A stretch of 64,000 bases of DNA from Octopus sinensis (Eukaryota): NCBI RefSeq assembly GCF_006345805.1, contig NC_043002.1, positions 31,000,001 through 31,064,000 of the forward strand, in the 5' to 3' direction. Positions 1 to 13,888 of the stretch are shown here, one piece after another. Within the stretch, counting starts at the first letter, position 1, and every line of letters begins with the position of its first letter. The translations under genes were made by a program, and so were the position numbers. The notes under the pieces were generated by a model. It searched no databases. It saw only the letters and a program-made list of their open reading frames with translations, and was not told the origin of the DNA.

Positions 1-339
1 AACTTCACATGTGCTTCCGAGAACCTGTTATACGCACTAACCTGCCCTGGGTGTCAAGAGCAATACATAGGCCAATCAAAAAACAGTCTACCTAAAAGAA
101 TGGCTCTACACAGATCCCAGATCAAAATTCCCAAAAACAGAAAAATAGCATTGAGTCAACACATAGATATTTGCGCCAATAACGAGAATCCAAGCTTCAG
201 AATTTTTCTCCTCTACCAATTCAGGGATGATATAACCTGGAGCCAACGAATTAGTAAAGAGACACTCTTTATTACAAAATACAGACCCCTTTTGAACGCG
301 TCTACGACAAACGACATATCCACCACGGCCTTAGAATAA
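1..339 (+). mobile_element. Penelope-like element, C-terminal GIY-YIG endonuclease region (runs off the left edge)
   Basis: Frame 1 is open from base 1: NFTCASENLLYALTCPGCQEQYIGQSKNSLPKRMALHRSQI...KETLFITKYRPLLN*. This matches the PLE GIY-YIG pattern CxSxNxxYxxxCxxCxxxYIG..R..EH and the C-terminal ExxxIxxxxPxLN. Confidence 0.8.
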
Positions 340-514
340 CACAAATACACACGCAAATATTAAAAATGATACACTCAAGAGATTCTCAAGAATTCATTAA
401 AAAACACTCCCAATCACTGCCTATAATCCATAACGTGCCAATTTTAAGTCATTTGACATTTAACACCTTACTACTTTCACACTGCCTACATTCCTTCTTA
501 TTCTCCCTCCTCAT

Positions 515-632
515 CCTTCTCCTTCTTCTTCTTCTTTTTTCTTCTTCTTCTTCTTCTTCTTCTTCTTCTTCTTCTTCTCTTCTTCTTCTTCTTCTTCTTC
601 TTCTTCTACTATTTCTTCTCCTTCTCCTTCTC
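515..632. repeat. (CTT)n microsatellite
   Basis: Direct read. Confidence 0.95.
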
Positions 633-799
633 TAATAAGAATTCACAACGACCTCGGACCCACAAGAGTAAACAAGCGAGACAGAGACAGGCAGAAACAA
701 GGAAAATGCCTCTTATATTTGAACACTATGCAAATATTCTTTTAAAAAAAACTTTTCTTTTAATTTTTCCAAAATTTACTTGTTTCCATATTTACGTGT

Positions 800-883
800 T
801 TACGTTCGGAGTTCAAATTCCGCCAAGGTCAACATTGCCTTTCATTATTTAGGTGTCGATAAAATAAATTCTAGTTGAGCACT
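800..883 (+). mobile_element. SINE family N (Nin/Deu-domain-like) internal fragment
   Basis: ttacgttcggagttcaaattccgccaaggtcaacattgcctttcat...gtcgataaaat aligns to the copy at 63182-63400. Confidence 0.65.
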
Positions 884-1750
884 TCGCTCGATGTAATCGA
901 TTTAAACCTTTCCCCGAAATTGCAAGACATAACCAATCATAAACATGCATTATGTATACATATATAATTCTCTCTATCCATACAAATAATTCGTTATTCT
1001 GTATAATAGAGATATTTAAACGACCGCAATGCATGCTTGGTTCTTATGAAAGGAAAACTAACGGAGAAGAGGGCTTGAAATGGAAAGGAAGAAGATTGAA
1101 ACTAGATACTGGGCGTTTACCGCAGCTCTCTACATGTTTAGCTACTTCGCCGCTACTCCGTACTCTTAGATGTACCGGTGACTGAAAATAGCACGGCTGG
1201 GTAATTACACATTTTAATATTGAAGCAATATTGTCAGGAATCAAAGATCACTGCAGTCAACATATGAAGAAAGTGAATATATAGGAACGCGTTTAAGTCA
1301 CTTATACCCTTAACAAATGCATGAATGTCCCAAATTCTAATTTCCTATATTCTCGTTGTCTACATAAACGATTATTATTCGCAAAGAGAGCGCAACACGA
1401 TCGGTTCTTATTTTGTTTGATAGTGAAATGATTCGTGGAAATCATATAACGGAGTAATATGGAATAGGTGAAAAAAAAAAAACTATATTGAGATAATAAA
1501 ACAAAGCAAAAATATAGTTAGTGAAGCGAGTGCCAGGAGGCAAAAGAATGCAAATTGATCCGGTGCTATCTGTAAGATATCACACAGCGAAGTAAATGAT
1601 AAAAGGTGGAAGAATGTATTAGAAAGAATATTAACAAGAAGACAGAAAAATAAAGGAAAATATAAAACGAAAATGAAAACATATTTGTATATGCACATAG
1701 ACACATAGACACACATATACACAGACACTCACAGGTACACACCCATTTAT

Positions 1751-2077
<327 letters not shown>

Positions 2078-2647
2078 TGCAATAGCTTCCACTATATTAC
2101 AGCAATATTAATTAAAGGTGTGTATAAACTTCATCATACGCATGCACATAGTTAAATGTATGCACACGCACACACACACACATATATATATATATATACA
2201 TGCATACACACATGCACACACAAACATACACACATTCATGCATGCAGTGCTGGATTTCGGTGGGATTGAGCAGGTAAACATTCAGGTGCAAATAAATAAT
2301 GAAGTTGATTTGGATGAACGAATGGTGGAGGAGTTCTGTGGCTTCATGGTTGTGTGTCATAAGAGTACAGGTCATTTGAGTACATTGTCATATACAACAA
2401 CAGATTTGAGAATATCGGAAATATGAAATAGAATGATGGGTGATGGTAAATTGACACCGTGTCTATTGACCCCTCCATGCCGTTCGCTTCTATTGATTTT
2501 CTTTCCTCCAACTGATTTTCATGAAAATGATCATCATACCTGGTGCGATTTAACCTGGATAAATTTAGTTTTTAGATTAAACATCACATCTTTACCTCTA
2601 GTGTCTGTAGCTTAGAATGGTTATCATGTTTCATAGTTAAACATACT

Positions 2648-2893
2648 AGCACTCCGTCAGTTTCGACGACGAGTGTTCCAGCTGATCCAATCATGAAAAT
2701 AGATACTCGCGGTATTAACGTGTAAGAGGCTGTACATTCTACAGAAACGCCTAACTTTAAAATCCTTCTCGGTGATTTTAATCGCGACACAAACTGTTAT
2801 AAGGGTAGCTCTTTAAATACAGGTATTACACAATTTTGCCAACTGATAAAACAGAAGCAACGTGAAATAGTGAGTCTTTTTCAAAGACACAGC
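2648..2893 (-). mobile_element. Decayed SINE: CORE-like body plus tail T1
   Basis: 2648-2825 aligns to the reverse complement of the tail of the SINE at 41958-42343. 2830-2893 (ttttgccaactga...agcaacgtgaaat...caaagacacagcg) aligns to the CORE-like body of the SINE at 21648. Confidence 0.7.
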
Positions 2894-4079
2894 GCTCAGC
2901 TATTTATCAAGCTCAGTGCTTAACGATCGGGTGCCAAATATCCTAACTTCTAAGCCATGTACCTTCACAATAGTTATATAAGAAGAAAATCAAGACCCAA
3001 CTATTGCACCATAGGACAATACAATACATTTGGAGGGTGAAATACTTCTGTAATTAGGTTAATTTGTAATATGGCTGGTTTTCATTTTGTCGACCAGGAA
3101 GGAAGACAAATTGGATTTCGCAAGATTTGAACTTAGAACAAAAGTCTATATTACGAAATAACATGTCGCTAATGCTCTCCTCTTTTTTTCCAAGCTTCTT
3201 TGATGAAAACAAAATATCTTCCACAAAGGTACTGAAAGAATTCCATATCATAAGCGGAAATCAGGAAAGGAGAAGCAAGCGAGTTTCGTCGAACATCACG
3301 ATAAACTTATGCGATATAGATCATTATAAACATACTCAAAAGATAATTACGAATGAATTTTGGTTTCTAATATAGATACAGAAACACACAATTGAAGACA
3401 GAAAACAGGAAATAAAATAAAAACACTACATTGGTGGTATTTATTTCATTGAAATATAAAGGGATAAATTACGATACTTAACTACTGTTGAATTTGAACT
3501 TAAAATCAAATGTGACTAAAACAGTTTTATTTGGAGTTCTAAGCATTTTGACACTGCCCTTAAAACAAATTATATATTACGTCGTTAGGGAGATAATCAG
3601 AAAACGCAATGCTGTATTATGTCGGTCACTCATCGTCTTATTTTTTTACATCATATCGATTGCAATATAAACAATATATATACTACATATTATGTAATAT
3701 GATACAATATAAATAGTATTTATTTAGTAAAACAAAAAGAGAAACTAATACATTAAAACGCTAAGCCGGAAAAGAATCTACAGAGAGACCAATAGTTGAA
3801 GTAATAAGCAGATATAAGGAGAATAACTATAAAATAAACGTAGATAATTCAAAGCTTGAAATCTTCTTTGAAAATAATTGAATCTTTCTTATAAATGGAC
3901 AATGATTAATCGCGCGCATAACCCCTTGTATACTGCGTGAAATACAAGAGTGAAGAGGAATTAGTGAAAAATTATGATGAAGCAAGATAAAAATAAAACA
4001 AAAAGCAGAACAAAAAATGAAAAATAAATAAGCAGAGAATTTGCAAAAAGTAAACCAGATAATTTCTGGCTCCTTAAAT

Positions 4080-4183
4080 GTTGTTTGTTCCTTCTCGAGC
4101 TACGCCTGGCTCATTAGGGCCGGTTTCTCGATTTCCTTGGCGTATAGGTTCTCCACCTGGACGGGACGCCGGTCCGTCGCAGG
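4080..4183 (-). mobile_element. SINE 3' tail T2 fragment
   Basis: tgttgtttgttccttctcgagctacgcctggctcatt...acctggacgggacgccggtccg matches the tail of the SINE at 32067-32368. Confidence 0.75.
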
Positions 4184-5310
4184 TAACTTTATTACGCATC
4201 GCATTCCCTGATACCTGTTTGTAGTCATTATAATTAATAGTTTAAAAGCTTTTATTGACGATATACTTAGGGCCCTGGCAAGAACAAAAACATCCTTTTT
4301 GATTCCACAAAGTACGTGAGTGCTTTCACCCACTAACCAGCCTGCCACACTATTTCTAAAAATAGCAACCCTCATTACCAAACACACATATAAGAGTGGA
4401 GATGGATGAAAACGATCCGACATTCCCCTAAAATTCTGTATAAATAAGGAAATATGGGTTCTGATGAAGTTTTGGCAAAGCAATACATGCTTTCTCCCAT
4501 CAAATACGGTCTACAAATTCTTTCTGTACAAACATTATATTTGATGAACTTACAAAGAATTATGAATTTATTTTATCTATTTTGAACACTTTTATGTAAA
4601 GTCTTTAAACAAAAAGCCCATCTTAACCTCTTTTCTTAACATTGACAAAGACTACACAAATCCTTACATTTTACTTTGAAAATCTTTTTTCAAAAAGTGA
4701 ATCCGGTCAAGTCAATAAGCATCTTTAAAAGACCTCAACATTTTCAAATCCTCGTTCCTATATATACACATACGTAGATGCATATATATATATATATATT
4801 ATATATATATATAATATATATATATATATATGCTTTTGTATGGAAGCATGTATGCATGCATGTATGTATGTATGTATGTATGTATGTATGTATGTATGTT
4901 ATGTATGCATATATGTATTTATATATGTATCAGTGAATATTTAAAAGATCCACCTGCAGGTTTAGCTTATAATAAGCGTGACCGAAAACAATGATGTATC
5001 AATTCACAGCACATATTAATATTTCCTCTTTATGAATGTACTTTTAGCGCCCGTTCCACCATATTTAGTGTGAGACACCGTATAGAGAATATGGCCGAAA
5101 GTGGTACACTACAATTAACTCATAAATACATTAGCACCGGAAGTGGTGATGCTACATAACCAAAGTTATATTAATGGTTTGGGCGAATATTGTGAAGAAA
5201 ATAGGGTAGATGTTGGGGTAAGACTATAATAACTGGCACGTAAAACATGTAATCACACACATTCATGCATACCTGCATATATATACATATGTGTGAGTTT
5301 ATGTATATGG

Positions 5311-5391
<81 letters not shown>

Positions 5392-5616
5392 ACCCTACAC
5401 TTGACTATCTACATACGTATGTAGATGCATAGCATATATGCATTTGTAAAAATGGAGAGAAATATATGCAAACATAACATATATACATATATATCACAAC
5501 TGTATATGTACATAAAACAGAGTTGCAGAACATAAAAACTCACCTGAAAAGAAATACCAGGTGAAAGGTAAGGAGGCGTTGAAAGAGGATGGAAATCACA
5601 TAAATGGAGGAGGAGC

Positions 5617-5781
5617 AGAAGAAGAAGAAGAAGAAGAAGAAGAAGAAGAAGAAGAAGAAGAAGAAGAAGAAGAGAAGAAGAAGAAGAAGAAGAAGAAGAA
5701 GAAGAAGAAGAAGAAGAAGAAGGAGAAGAAGAAGAAGAAGAAGAAGAAGAAGAAGAAGAAGAAGAAGAAGAAGAAGAAGAA
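5617..5781. repeat. (GAA)n microsatellite
   Basis: Direct read. Confidence 0.95.
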
Positions 5782-6749
5782 ACACTTCCAACAGCATGTG
5801 GCTAACCTTGTTAAAAACAATGTAAGAAATACGAAATTTAGAGGTGAGATGTATAGATGCACATGTATACATATATGTGTGTGTGTCTGTGTGTTAGTGT
5901 GTGTGTGTATGTGTGTGTATGTGTGTGTGTATGTGTGTGTGTTGTGTGTGTGTTGGGTGTGTGCCTGTGTGTATATACATACAGATAAATAGAGTGATAC
6001 TTAGAGAGATATATAGAGATAGACGGAGCGAGGGACTAATATACAGTCATATATATATATGTGTGTGTGTGTGTGTATGTATGTGTGTGTGTGTACATAT
6101 ATTTCATAGTTAAAATTGCCTATGAAAGAAAATGTAGAAACACAAGAAGAAAATGAGAAAAATTGAAGTAGACAAAATCTGTTATATGGAAAAATAAAAA
6201 GAGAGAAAAACAGAACAGAAAGGAAAACAGGAACAGAACGTAGAGGGAGAGAGAGAAAGAGACATGGAAATAGAAGCATTACATATAAGAGACAGAGGCG
6301 AGGAATGAGAGATAGAAAGAGTTGGGTATTTGAAACATCGAGAACGTGACAGAAACTGTAATTCCTCTGGCTAAATCATGTTCTGGGTCGTAGAAATTAA
6401 TAAATCATTTCATGTCGTAATTTCACAATTGATATGTGGGTGCAAGCTGAGTCTTGTGATACATACATATATATATATATATATATACTATATATATATA
6501 TATATATGTATGTATGTAATATACGTATACTTATATGTATATATATATGTGTATATGTATTGTATATATAGATATAGATATGTATATATACATATGTATA
6601 TTTTATACATATATATTTTAGTATACATATATACATACATCAGTATGTATATTCGTATGCATAACTTCCCTAATTTTACTTGTGTATGTGTTATATATTA
6701 AAATATCTATAGCTATATCTATCTCACTTTATATACATATTTATATATA

Positions 6750-6785
<36 letters not shown>

Positions 6786-6910
6786 CATATATATATGTAG
6801 ATATATATATATTTACATACACACATATATACTGATAGGTATTATGTATACGTAAATGTATACATAATTAGTATACATACATGAGAATATATATATATAT
6901 ATATATATAC

Positions 6911-6941
<31 letters not shown>

Positions 6942-7264
6942 CATATGTTTCTATGTACGCGTGTGCTTGTGTGCGTGTGCCTGTGTGTATTATAAGCATA
7001 AACGATAAAATTATGATGGTATGAAAGGTGAAGTTACATTTATTTAACGAAGTGCATCCTGAGGATTACGGCTGTTTCGCAAACTTATTCACGTAGTATT
7101 AATTTCACTGCATTTCTCCATTGTTGGTAGAAACATTATCCAGCATTAGTAGGGTGTAACGCAGCGCACAACTTTTGTCAAAGCATATCTCCTGGAGAAA
7201 TGCATTTGGCCACCGCCTGTGAGTATGGCATTCCTACACTTCTGATGTTGCGATCCATACTGTC

Positions 7265-9306
7265 ATAAGATATTTTACTCTGCATTCTCATTTCAAGAAG
7301 GTCTTATTTTTTCTTCTCCTCAGCGCTTTGGTTAAACTCTTCCCTGCCCAACATTTTATCTGCATTTACACCCATATCTTTCGCGGTATATTGCAGCAGG
7401 TCTTTCTCATTATTTATCAAATACTCAGCAAACGTTCTCCCTTTACTCCTTATACAATGGTCTATACTAATTAGTCCTCTGTCTGCGTTTGCTTTATGGG
7501 GTAGCACTCAATGCAGCGTCATCAACTCTCTCATCTTTCTATCCAGTGTTGATATTTCCTTCTTGGTCTATTTGAGGATGGACGCAATATATCTGACCAC
7601 CGCAACTGTCCAGATATTCATTGCAGTAATAAATTTTTGGCATTCATATTGTTTTGTAACACCATCTTCAATTTTTTTTACACGCCTTGCTCACCCTGAC
7701 TTTCATTTCTCTGCATAGAATGTCATCCAGCTCCGAAATCCCTAAATATCTATACCCACTTCCATCGAGTTCACCCATGGTCTCTCCTGGTGGTAACTGC
7801 AATCCTCTGCAGGCTACTTTCATCCCTCTTTTCATATTAAATACTGAGTATCTGGTAATACCAAATTCCATACCGATGTCCCTACCACATTTCTGAACTA
7901 TTTTGGTTAAGGAATCTATATGTGTTTCAGATTTTCCGAACAATTTCAGGCCATCCATAAACAGAAGATGGTTCAATGATGGGCCTTTCTTCCCACAAGT
8001 ATCACTGTTATGGATATTAATGAAATTACAAAAAGTAACTAGGAAACGAGTCGCCTTGGAAGATTTCCCTTTTAATATTAACTTCTCCAAGGAATACATT
8101 ACTTCAGTACAATTTGGTTTTCTATTCTTTCATACAATGCATCAGAAAATATGTGATGCTGTTAGCAACACCCAACACCTGCAGGCATTCAACGATCCAA
8201 GAATGAGGCATCATATCATAAGCCTTCTTAAAGTCAATCCAAGCCATCGATTGTATGATGTTTTTACAATGCCTTAAAACTGTTTTATCGATGACCAAGT
8301 GATCCTTGGTACCCTCTGAACTCTTCTGTCATCTCTTTCCCCCCCTTGTTAGTATTTCTTCCTGTGCCAGAAAAGTGTATCTCTTTGCCGCACATATTCC
8401 AGTATCTTCCAGATTATATTTAGGCATGCTATGGGACGGTAGCTTCCCACAATATTCCCCTCTTTTCTATCTTTCATTACAAGTGTTGTCCGCTCAGTCA
8501 CATGGGAAACTGTACCTTTCTGGACACACTCATTCAATTGGGCAGCTAGTCTTTCATGCACCGTGTGACATCTCTTCAGCCAGAAGCCATGAATCCCATC
8601 TGGTCCTGCGGCTTTCCAGTTGGGCACTTTACCCATTATTCTTTCACATCACCCGTGCTTATGACAATATTCCCTTCTTTCCTTCTTGTAATCTATCTTG
8701 ATAGTTCCTATCCACATTGCATCTCTTTTATGCACCACAATTTTTCCTTATAATCTGCTCCAAAAATCCTTGGCTTGATTTGCATTACGTGCAACATTCT
8801 ATCCATTGTCTCTTTCTAAATTTCGGAAGTATTGCTTCGAGTTATTTTTGAACAATCTGCTCTCCTCGAACTGCTTATTTCTGTTCACAAATCTTCTAAT
8901 CTTCTTGCTTCTTGTCATGATCCTCTGTTTCAACTGTTCTATTACTGCATCAGGCCCGTCCTTCTGTATCTTCTCAAATTTTTCTCGGTAGATCTTTTTC
9001 CCATTTTCCATTTTCCTCTTTCCTAGATCTTGCCTTGCCCGCATTATATCCCTTTCAATGCATCGTTTCCACCATGGTTCTTTTGCTCCACTATTTTTTG
9101 CTCTCTTAAGTTGTAAGTTCTCCTCAACAAGTAGCGCAATAGCTCAGAGAAGGTTCCTTGTTTGTGTTATGTCCTCCATCTGGATGTATGGTATGACTGT
9201 ATTTATTATTTGTGTTACTTTATTTATCATATTCCTATTTAGCCTTCTCATATTCATAGGGATTTTTTCTTCTGGAGCATTCATCAAGTCGGTGAGTCAT
9301 CTTTAA
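7265..9306 (-). mobile_element. R4/Dong-clade LINE copy A (decayed, truncated at both ends)
   Basis: Broken minus-strand frames: EPWWKRCIERDI, AVIEQLKQRIM..RRFVNRNKQF, KVPNWKAAGPDGIHGFWLK, YRPIACLNIIWK, LNHLLFMDGLKLFGK, GMEFG, YRYLGI, DRGLISIDHC. The NWKAxGPDxIxxFWLK and HLLxMDDLKL motifs are typical of R4/Dong RTs. Confidence 0.85.
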
Positions 9307-9328
9307 ATTATTATTATTTTTATTAATA

Positions 9329-9383
<55 letters not shown>

Positions 9384-9405
9384 TTATTATTATATTATTA
9401 TTATT
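9307..9405. repeat. (TTA)n / (TAA)n tract between Dong copies A and B
   Basis: Direct read. Confidence 0.95.
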
Positions 9406-12110
9406 CAGTAGTTTTATTTTTATAGGCTTGCTTTCACTTCACTACCGAGCACAGCTATGTGTGCCTTGGGTATGTGCTGTGATTTGTTGTGATGCTCTGA
9501 TGGTTATTGTATGGAAAGTGTTCTGCGTAGGATGTTTGCAGTGCCTAGTAGTGCAATTTTCTGTATGTTATATGTGTTTGTAAGTCCTGGTGTTTTTGTT
9601 ATGTATTTGTCTGAATATTTTTTTATCATGCCTAATGCACCTACTATGATAGGAATTGTTTCTGTTTTCAGATTCCACATTCTAGTTACCTCTATTTCCA
9701 GGTCTTTGTATTTGAGAGTTTCTCCATTTCTTTTAGAGACACGTGTTGTCATCAGCCGGTATTGATACATCAATTAGAAAGCATTTTATTTCTTCATGAT
9801 CTCTGACAACTATATCTGGTCTGTTGGCCTTAATTTCTCTATCTGTGTGTATCGGCATATCCCAGAGTATGGTTGCTTCCTCGTTTTCTGTGACCTTTTC
9901 TGGTGTGTGCCTATACCATCTTTTTTCTGTTGTTATTCCATAATGTTGGCATAGCTTCCAATGTATGTAGGTTCCAACTCTGTCATGTCTGTGAATATAT
10001 TCCTTCCTAGCCAAGACTGGGCAGCTAGAGATAATATGATTTATTGTTTCTTGTCCATCTTCACATATTCTGCAGTTACTTGTAATATTTCTTTTCATTA
10101 CATGTTTTTGGTAATTTCTGGTGGGGAGGCTTTGGTCTTGTGCTGCAATTAAAAATCCCTCTGTTACTGCTTTGAGTCCTGAGCTTCTCAACCATTGCTG
10201 GGATTTTTCTTTGACTATTTCTTTTGCGTTTAGTTTAGTCCAGTATTTACCATGAAGGGGCTTTTCTTGCCATCGTTTTATCATGGTTCGTTGCTGTTCT
10301 ATTTTTAGTTTGGATTTCATTTGTTTTATAGCTTTTGTTGTTTCTTCATCTTCTTCTTCTTCTTCATGTTTATTAGGTGGTAAGATTTCTTGTTTGTATT
10401 TGTCAGCTTCCTTAAATACTGAGAAATGTTTTTTGTTTTGCTCGTGTTTTGCCGCTATCTGGATCAGTTTTCCTTCCTTCTGAAGTAGATATTTTTGCAG
10501 TCCTATGGTGGTTATTTTATAGTAGTTTTCCAGCAGTATAAGGCCTCTACCACCTTCTATACGTTGTATATATAGTCTTTCTATGTCAGATTTTGGGTGA
10601 TGCATCCTAGATCCTGTCAGTATTTTTCTTGTTTTCCTATCTATTTTGGTCAGTTCATTTCGTGTCCAGTTAAGGATTTGTAGCTGTAACTTATAACTGG
10701 GACAGCTAAAGTGTTGATACCTATTATCTTGTTTTTAGCATTGAGCTCTGTTTTAGTATTGATCTAACTCGTCTATATATTCTTTTTTTATTTTCTCTTC
10801 ATTTGTGTGTGTTGTGTCTTATCTAGTTCATGGATTCCTAAGTATTTGTAAGTTTGGCTTTGGTCTAATTCTTTTATTTCATTGGTTTTATCTAGTGTGA
10901 TGTTGTTGCTCTTAACTAGTTTTCCTCTTTTCATGGTTACTTTGGCGCATTTTTCTAATCCAAATTTCATATCTATTTCTTTGGTAAATCCATGAACTGT
11001 CTTTAATAGTGTTTCCAGCTGTTGTCATTTGCAGCGTATAGTTTTAGGTCATCCATATATAAAAGGTGGCTGATCGTTTTGCCGTAACATTTATATCCGC
11101 ATCCAGTTCTATTTAGCATATCAGATAGAGGTGACAGTGCCAAGCAGAAAAGGAGTGGAGAGAGCGTGTCTCCCTGCAATATTCCTCTTCTAATGGGGAT
11201 GTCTTTGGTTTTCATGAGTCCCTCTTTTGTTTGGAGGTGTAGGACTGTTTGCCATTTATTCATAGAGTGCTCTATGAATTTTATGATTGTTGGTGCTACT
11301 TTGTTAATGGCTAGTGTTTCGAGATCCATGTGTGGCGGATGCTATCAAACGCCTTTTTGTAGTCAATCCAGGCCATACTGAGGCATTTCTTCTTTCTGTG
11401 GTTGTCTTCAGTTATGGCTTTATTAATCATTAGTTGATCTTTACAGCAATTGAGCCTTTGCGGCATCCTTTCTGCTCTTCTGGAACAGTTTGTTTTCGTC
11501 CGGGTGCTTGTTCAGCCTTTGTGATATCACTGCAGTAAATGCCTTGAACAAGTAGGGAGGCAGGTTATTGGTCTGTAGTTTTCTGGTTTTTCTGTTTCAT
11601 TTGATTTGGGAATTAAGATGGTTTTCCCCTTCGTGAGCCATTCAGGCATTGTCTCTGGCTTTGCTAGTACGTTGTTAAAGTTTTCAGCCAGCTTTTTGTG
11701 CATTCCTATTAGATATTTCAACCAGAAGTTGGGGATCTTGTCATGCCCAGGTGCCTTCCAGTTGCTTAGTCTTTGCAATGCCTGGGTGACCTCTTCAGTT
11801 GTTATGTGGGTCCAAAGTTGTTCAGATGCCGAGTTTGTTATTCTGATACTCCTTTTTTTTTGGTGGTTCGTTCGCCGACCATATTTCTCCCCAGAATTCT
11901 TCCAATTCTTCTGCCTGTGATGCTGCAGTGACTTCTATTTTATTTTTTCCCAGTTCTTGGTAGAACTTTTTGGGGTTGGAGTTGAACTTTTTGTTTTCTT
12001 CAAAGAAGCGTTGGCTTTTTCTTGTACCGGCGGATCCTTTGTGCTTTGGCAAGGATATCTTGCTTCAGCTTTTCTTTTATTTCAGGCAAATCTTTCTCTG
12101 TGATGTTATA
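9406..12110 (-). mobile_element. R4/Dong-clade LINE copy B, 5'-truncated, with intact 3' end (RT, CCHC knuckle, restriction-like endonuclease)
   Basis: NWKAPGHDKIPNFWLK, NYRPITCLPT, RGILQGDTLSPLLF, SHLLYMDDLKLYA, MKFGLEKC, CRICEDGQETINHIISSC, RHDRV, ANRPDIVV..LIDVSIP, KYKDL, PIIVGALG, LLGTANILRRTL* (stop 9504-9506). A ~100-nt 3' UTR runs directly into (TAA)n. The ORF is split by several frameshifts. Confidence 0.95.
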
Positions 12111-12187
12111 TTATTATTATTATTATTATTAATTATTATATTATTATTATTATTATTATTATTATAATTGTTGTTGTTGTTGTTATT
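12111..12187. repeat. (TTA)n/(TTG)n tract between Dong copies B and C
   Basis: Direct read. Confidence 0.95.
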
Positions 12188-12730
12188 ATATGTTTGACTT
12201 TTGTTTTGTATAGTTTTTGGTAGGTCTTAACACACAAATATGTCGATTGAAACAGTCATATCTATGAGAAGGCATGATTTTTGTCTGAAGCCTTTCAATA
12301 TAATGTCTGTCCTTTTCATCTATCTTTCTGTCAGTATGAACGGTGAAGTTCCAAAGGGGTGAGATGTGATCATTTTCAAGCACTGGAGGTGGTTTGTGTT
12401 CTCATCAGTCTTTACCATTGGGAACGTCCAGTTTTTTGCTAATTACCCGGTGAATATATTGCGCTGCTCTATTTATGCCTTTTGAAATACTCTTTAGGCA
12501 CAAGAAGACTGCACATGAAGACAACATGATCTATTCGCATCTATCTTTCTGTCAGTTCTTTAATATGTTGACCTGGTAGCTTCTTGTAGGTAGGCATTGA
12601 TCTTGGACTGCTATGATAAACCCTTCTGTTTCTAACTTTAAACCAGAAGACACTAACCATTGATGGGTAAGAGCTTTGTCAACATCGGCATTATTAGCTT
12701 TCTTTGAGTATTTGCTATTGGGAGATTGAA
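12188..12730 (-). mobile_element. R4/Dong-clade LINE fragment C (post-RT to endonuclease region)
   Basis: Minus strand: THQWLVSSGLKLETEGFIIAVQDQCLPTRSYQ...DHVV..C...KEY.KRH...VLENDHISPLWNFTVHTDRKID. Homologous to copy B (QWLRSSGLKAVTEGFLIAAQDQSLPTRNYQ...LWDMPIHTDREIK) but a distinct subfamily. Confidence 0.85.
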
Positions 12731-12761
12731 ATTATTATTATTATTATTATTATTATTATTG

Positions 12762-12796
<35 letters not shown>

Positions 12797-12818
12797 GTTA
12801 TTATTATTATTATTATTA

Positions 12819-12860
<42 letters not shown>

Positions 12861-12887
12861 CATTATTATTATTATTTTCTTTATTAT
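12731..12887. repeat. (TTA)n tract between Dong fragments C and D
   Basis: Direct read. Confidence 0.95.
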
Positions 12888-13098
<211 letters not shown>

Positions 13099-13216
13099 TG
13101 TGTGTGCGTGCGTGTGCGTGTGCGTGTGTGAATTTGTCTGTGTGAGAGTGTGTGCAAGACGAGTGTGGTTAACTGTAAAAAAGCACTGGATGTCGTAGAA
13201 ACTCCAGTACAAAACG

Positions 13217-13445
13217 TTACTCTTTACTCTTTTACTCTTTTACTTGTTTCAGTCATTTGACTGTGGCCATGCTAGAGCACCGCCTTTAGTCGAGCACATC
13301 GACCCTAAGACTTATTTTTCGTAAGCTTATTACTTATTCTATCGGTCTTTTTGCCGAACTGCTAAGTTACGGGGACGTAAACACACCAGCATCGGTTGTC
13401 AAGCGATATTGGTGGGACAAACACAGACACACAAACATATACATA
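13217..13445 (-). mobile_element. SINE family A, 3' half
   Basis: cttgtttcagtcatttgactgtggccatgctagagcaccgcc...cggttgtcaagcg...gacaaacacagacac is the reverse complement of the 3' half of the copy at 29768. Confidence 0.85.
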
Positions 13446-13574
13446 CACAGATACACAGAGATACAAACATATACAGACACACATACACAAGTATATACAT
13501 ACACACTCTACCTTTGTAATAAATGATTCTTCTGTTTCTTGCAAAACACATGCATATACAAGTACGAACATACA

Positions 13575-13611
<37 letters not shown>

Positions 13612-13719
13612 GCATATATTTGTGGGTACATGTGTGTATATACATGTATATACACATGCACGTATGTGTCTCTGTTTGTGTATTATTTACGCATGTTTAA
13701 GGTTATCTGTCGTAAGTCG

Positions 13720-13888
13720 CATGACTCGGGAGCAAGAATGTCGGTATAAGAAACATAAAGTTGACATTTCGATTCCCAGACCGGGCTGTGTTGTGTTCTT
13801 CAGCAAGACACTTTATCTAACGTTGCTCCACTTCACTCGGTTGCAGAAATGAAATGCGACGTCATTGGCGCCAAGCTGTATCGCCCAT
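13720..13888 (+). mobile_element. tRNA-head CORE-like SINE (decayed)
   Basis: B-box-like tttcgattcccagaccggg followed by ttgtgttcttcagcaagacactttat..cgttgctcca..cactc, as in the SINE at 21648. Confidence 0.65.

Noticed and set aside
4230-4760. Stop-poor frame and ctgatgaag motif, possible old Penelope 3' relic
   Set aside because: Similarity is too weak to support by eye; needs a profile search.
9307-12887. Repeat-spacer alternation as a CRISPR-like array
   Set aside because: The repeats are variable-length TAA microsatellites, the spacers are LINE fragments, and the context is eukaryotic.
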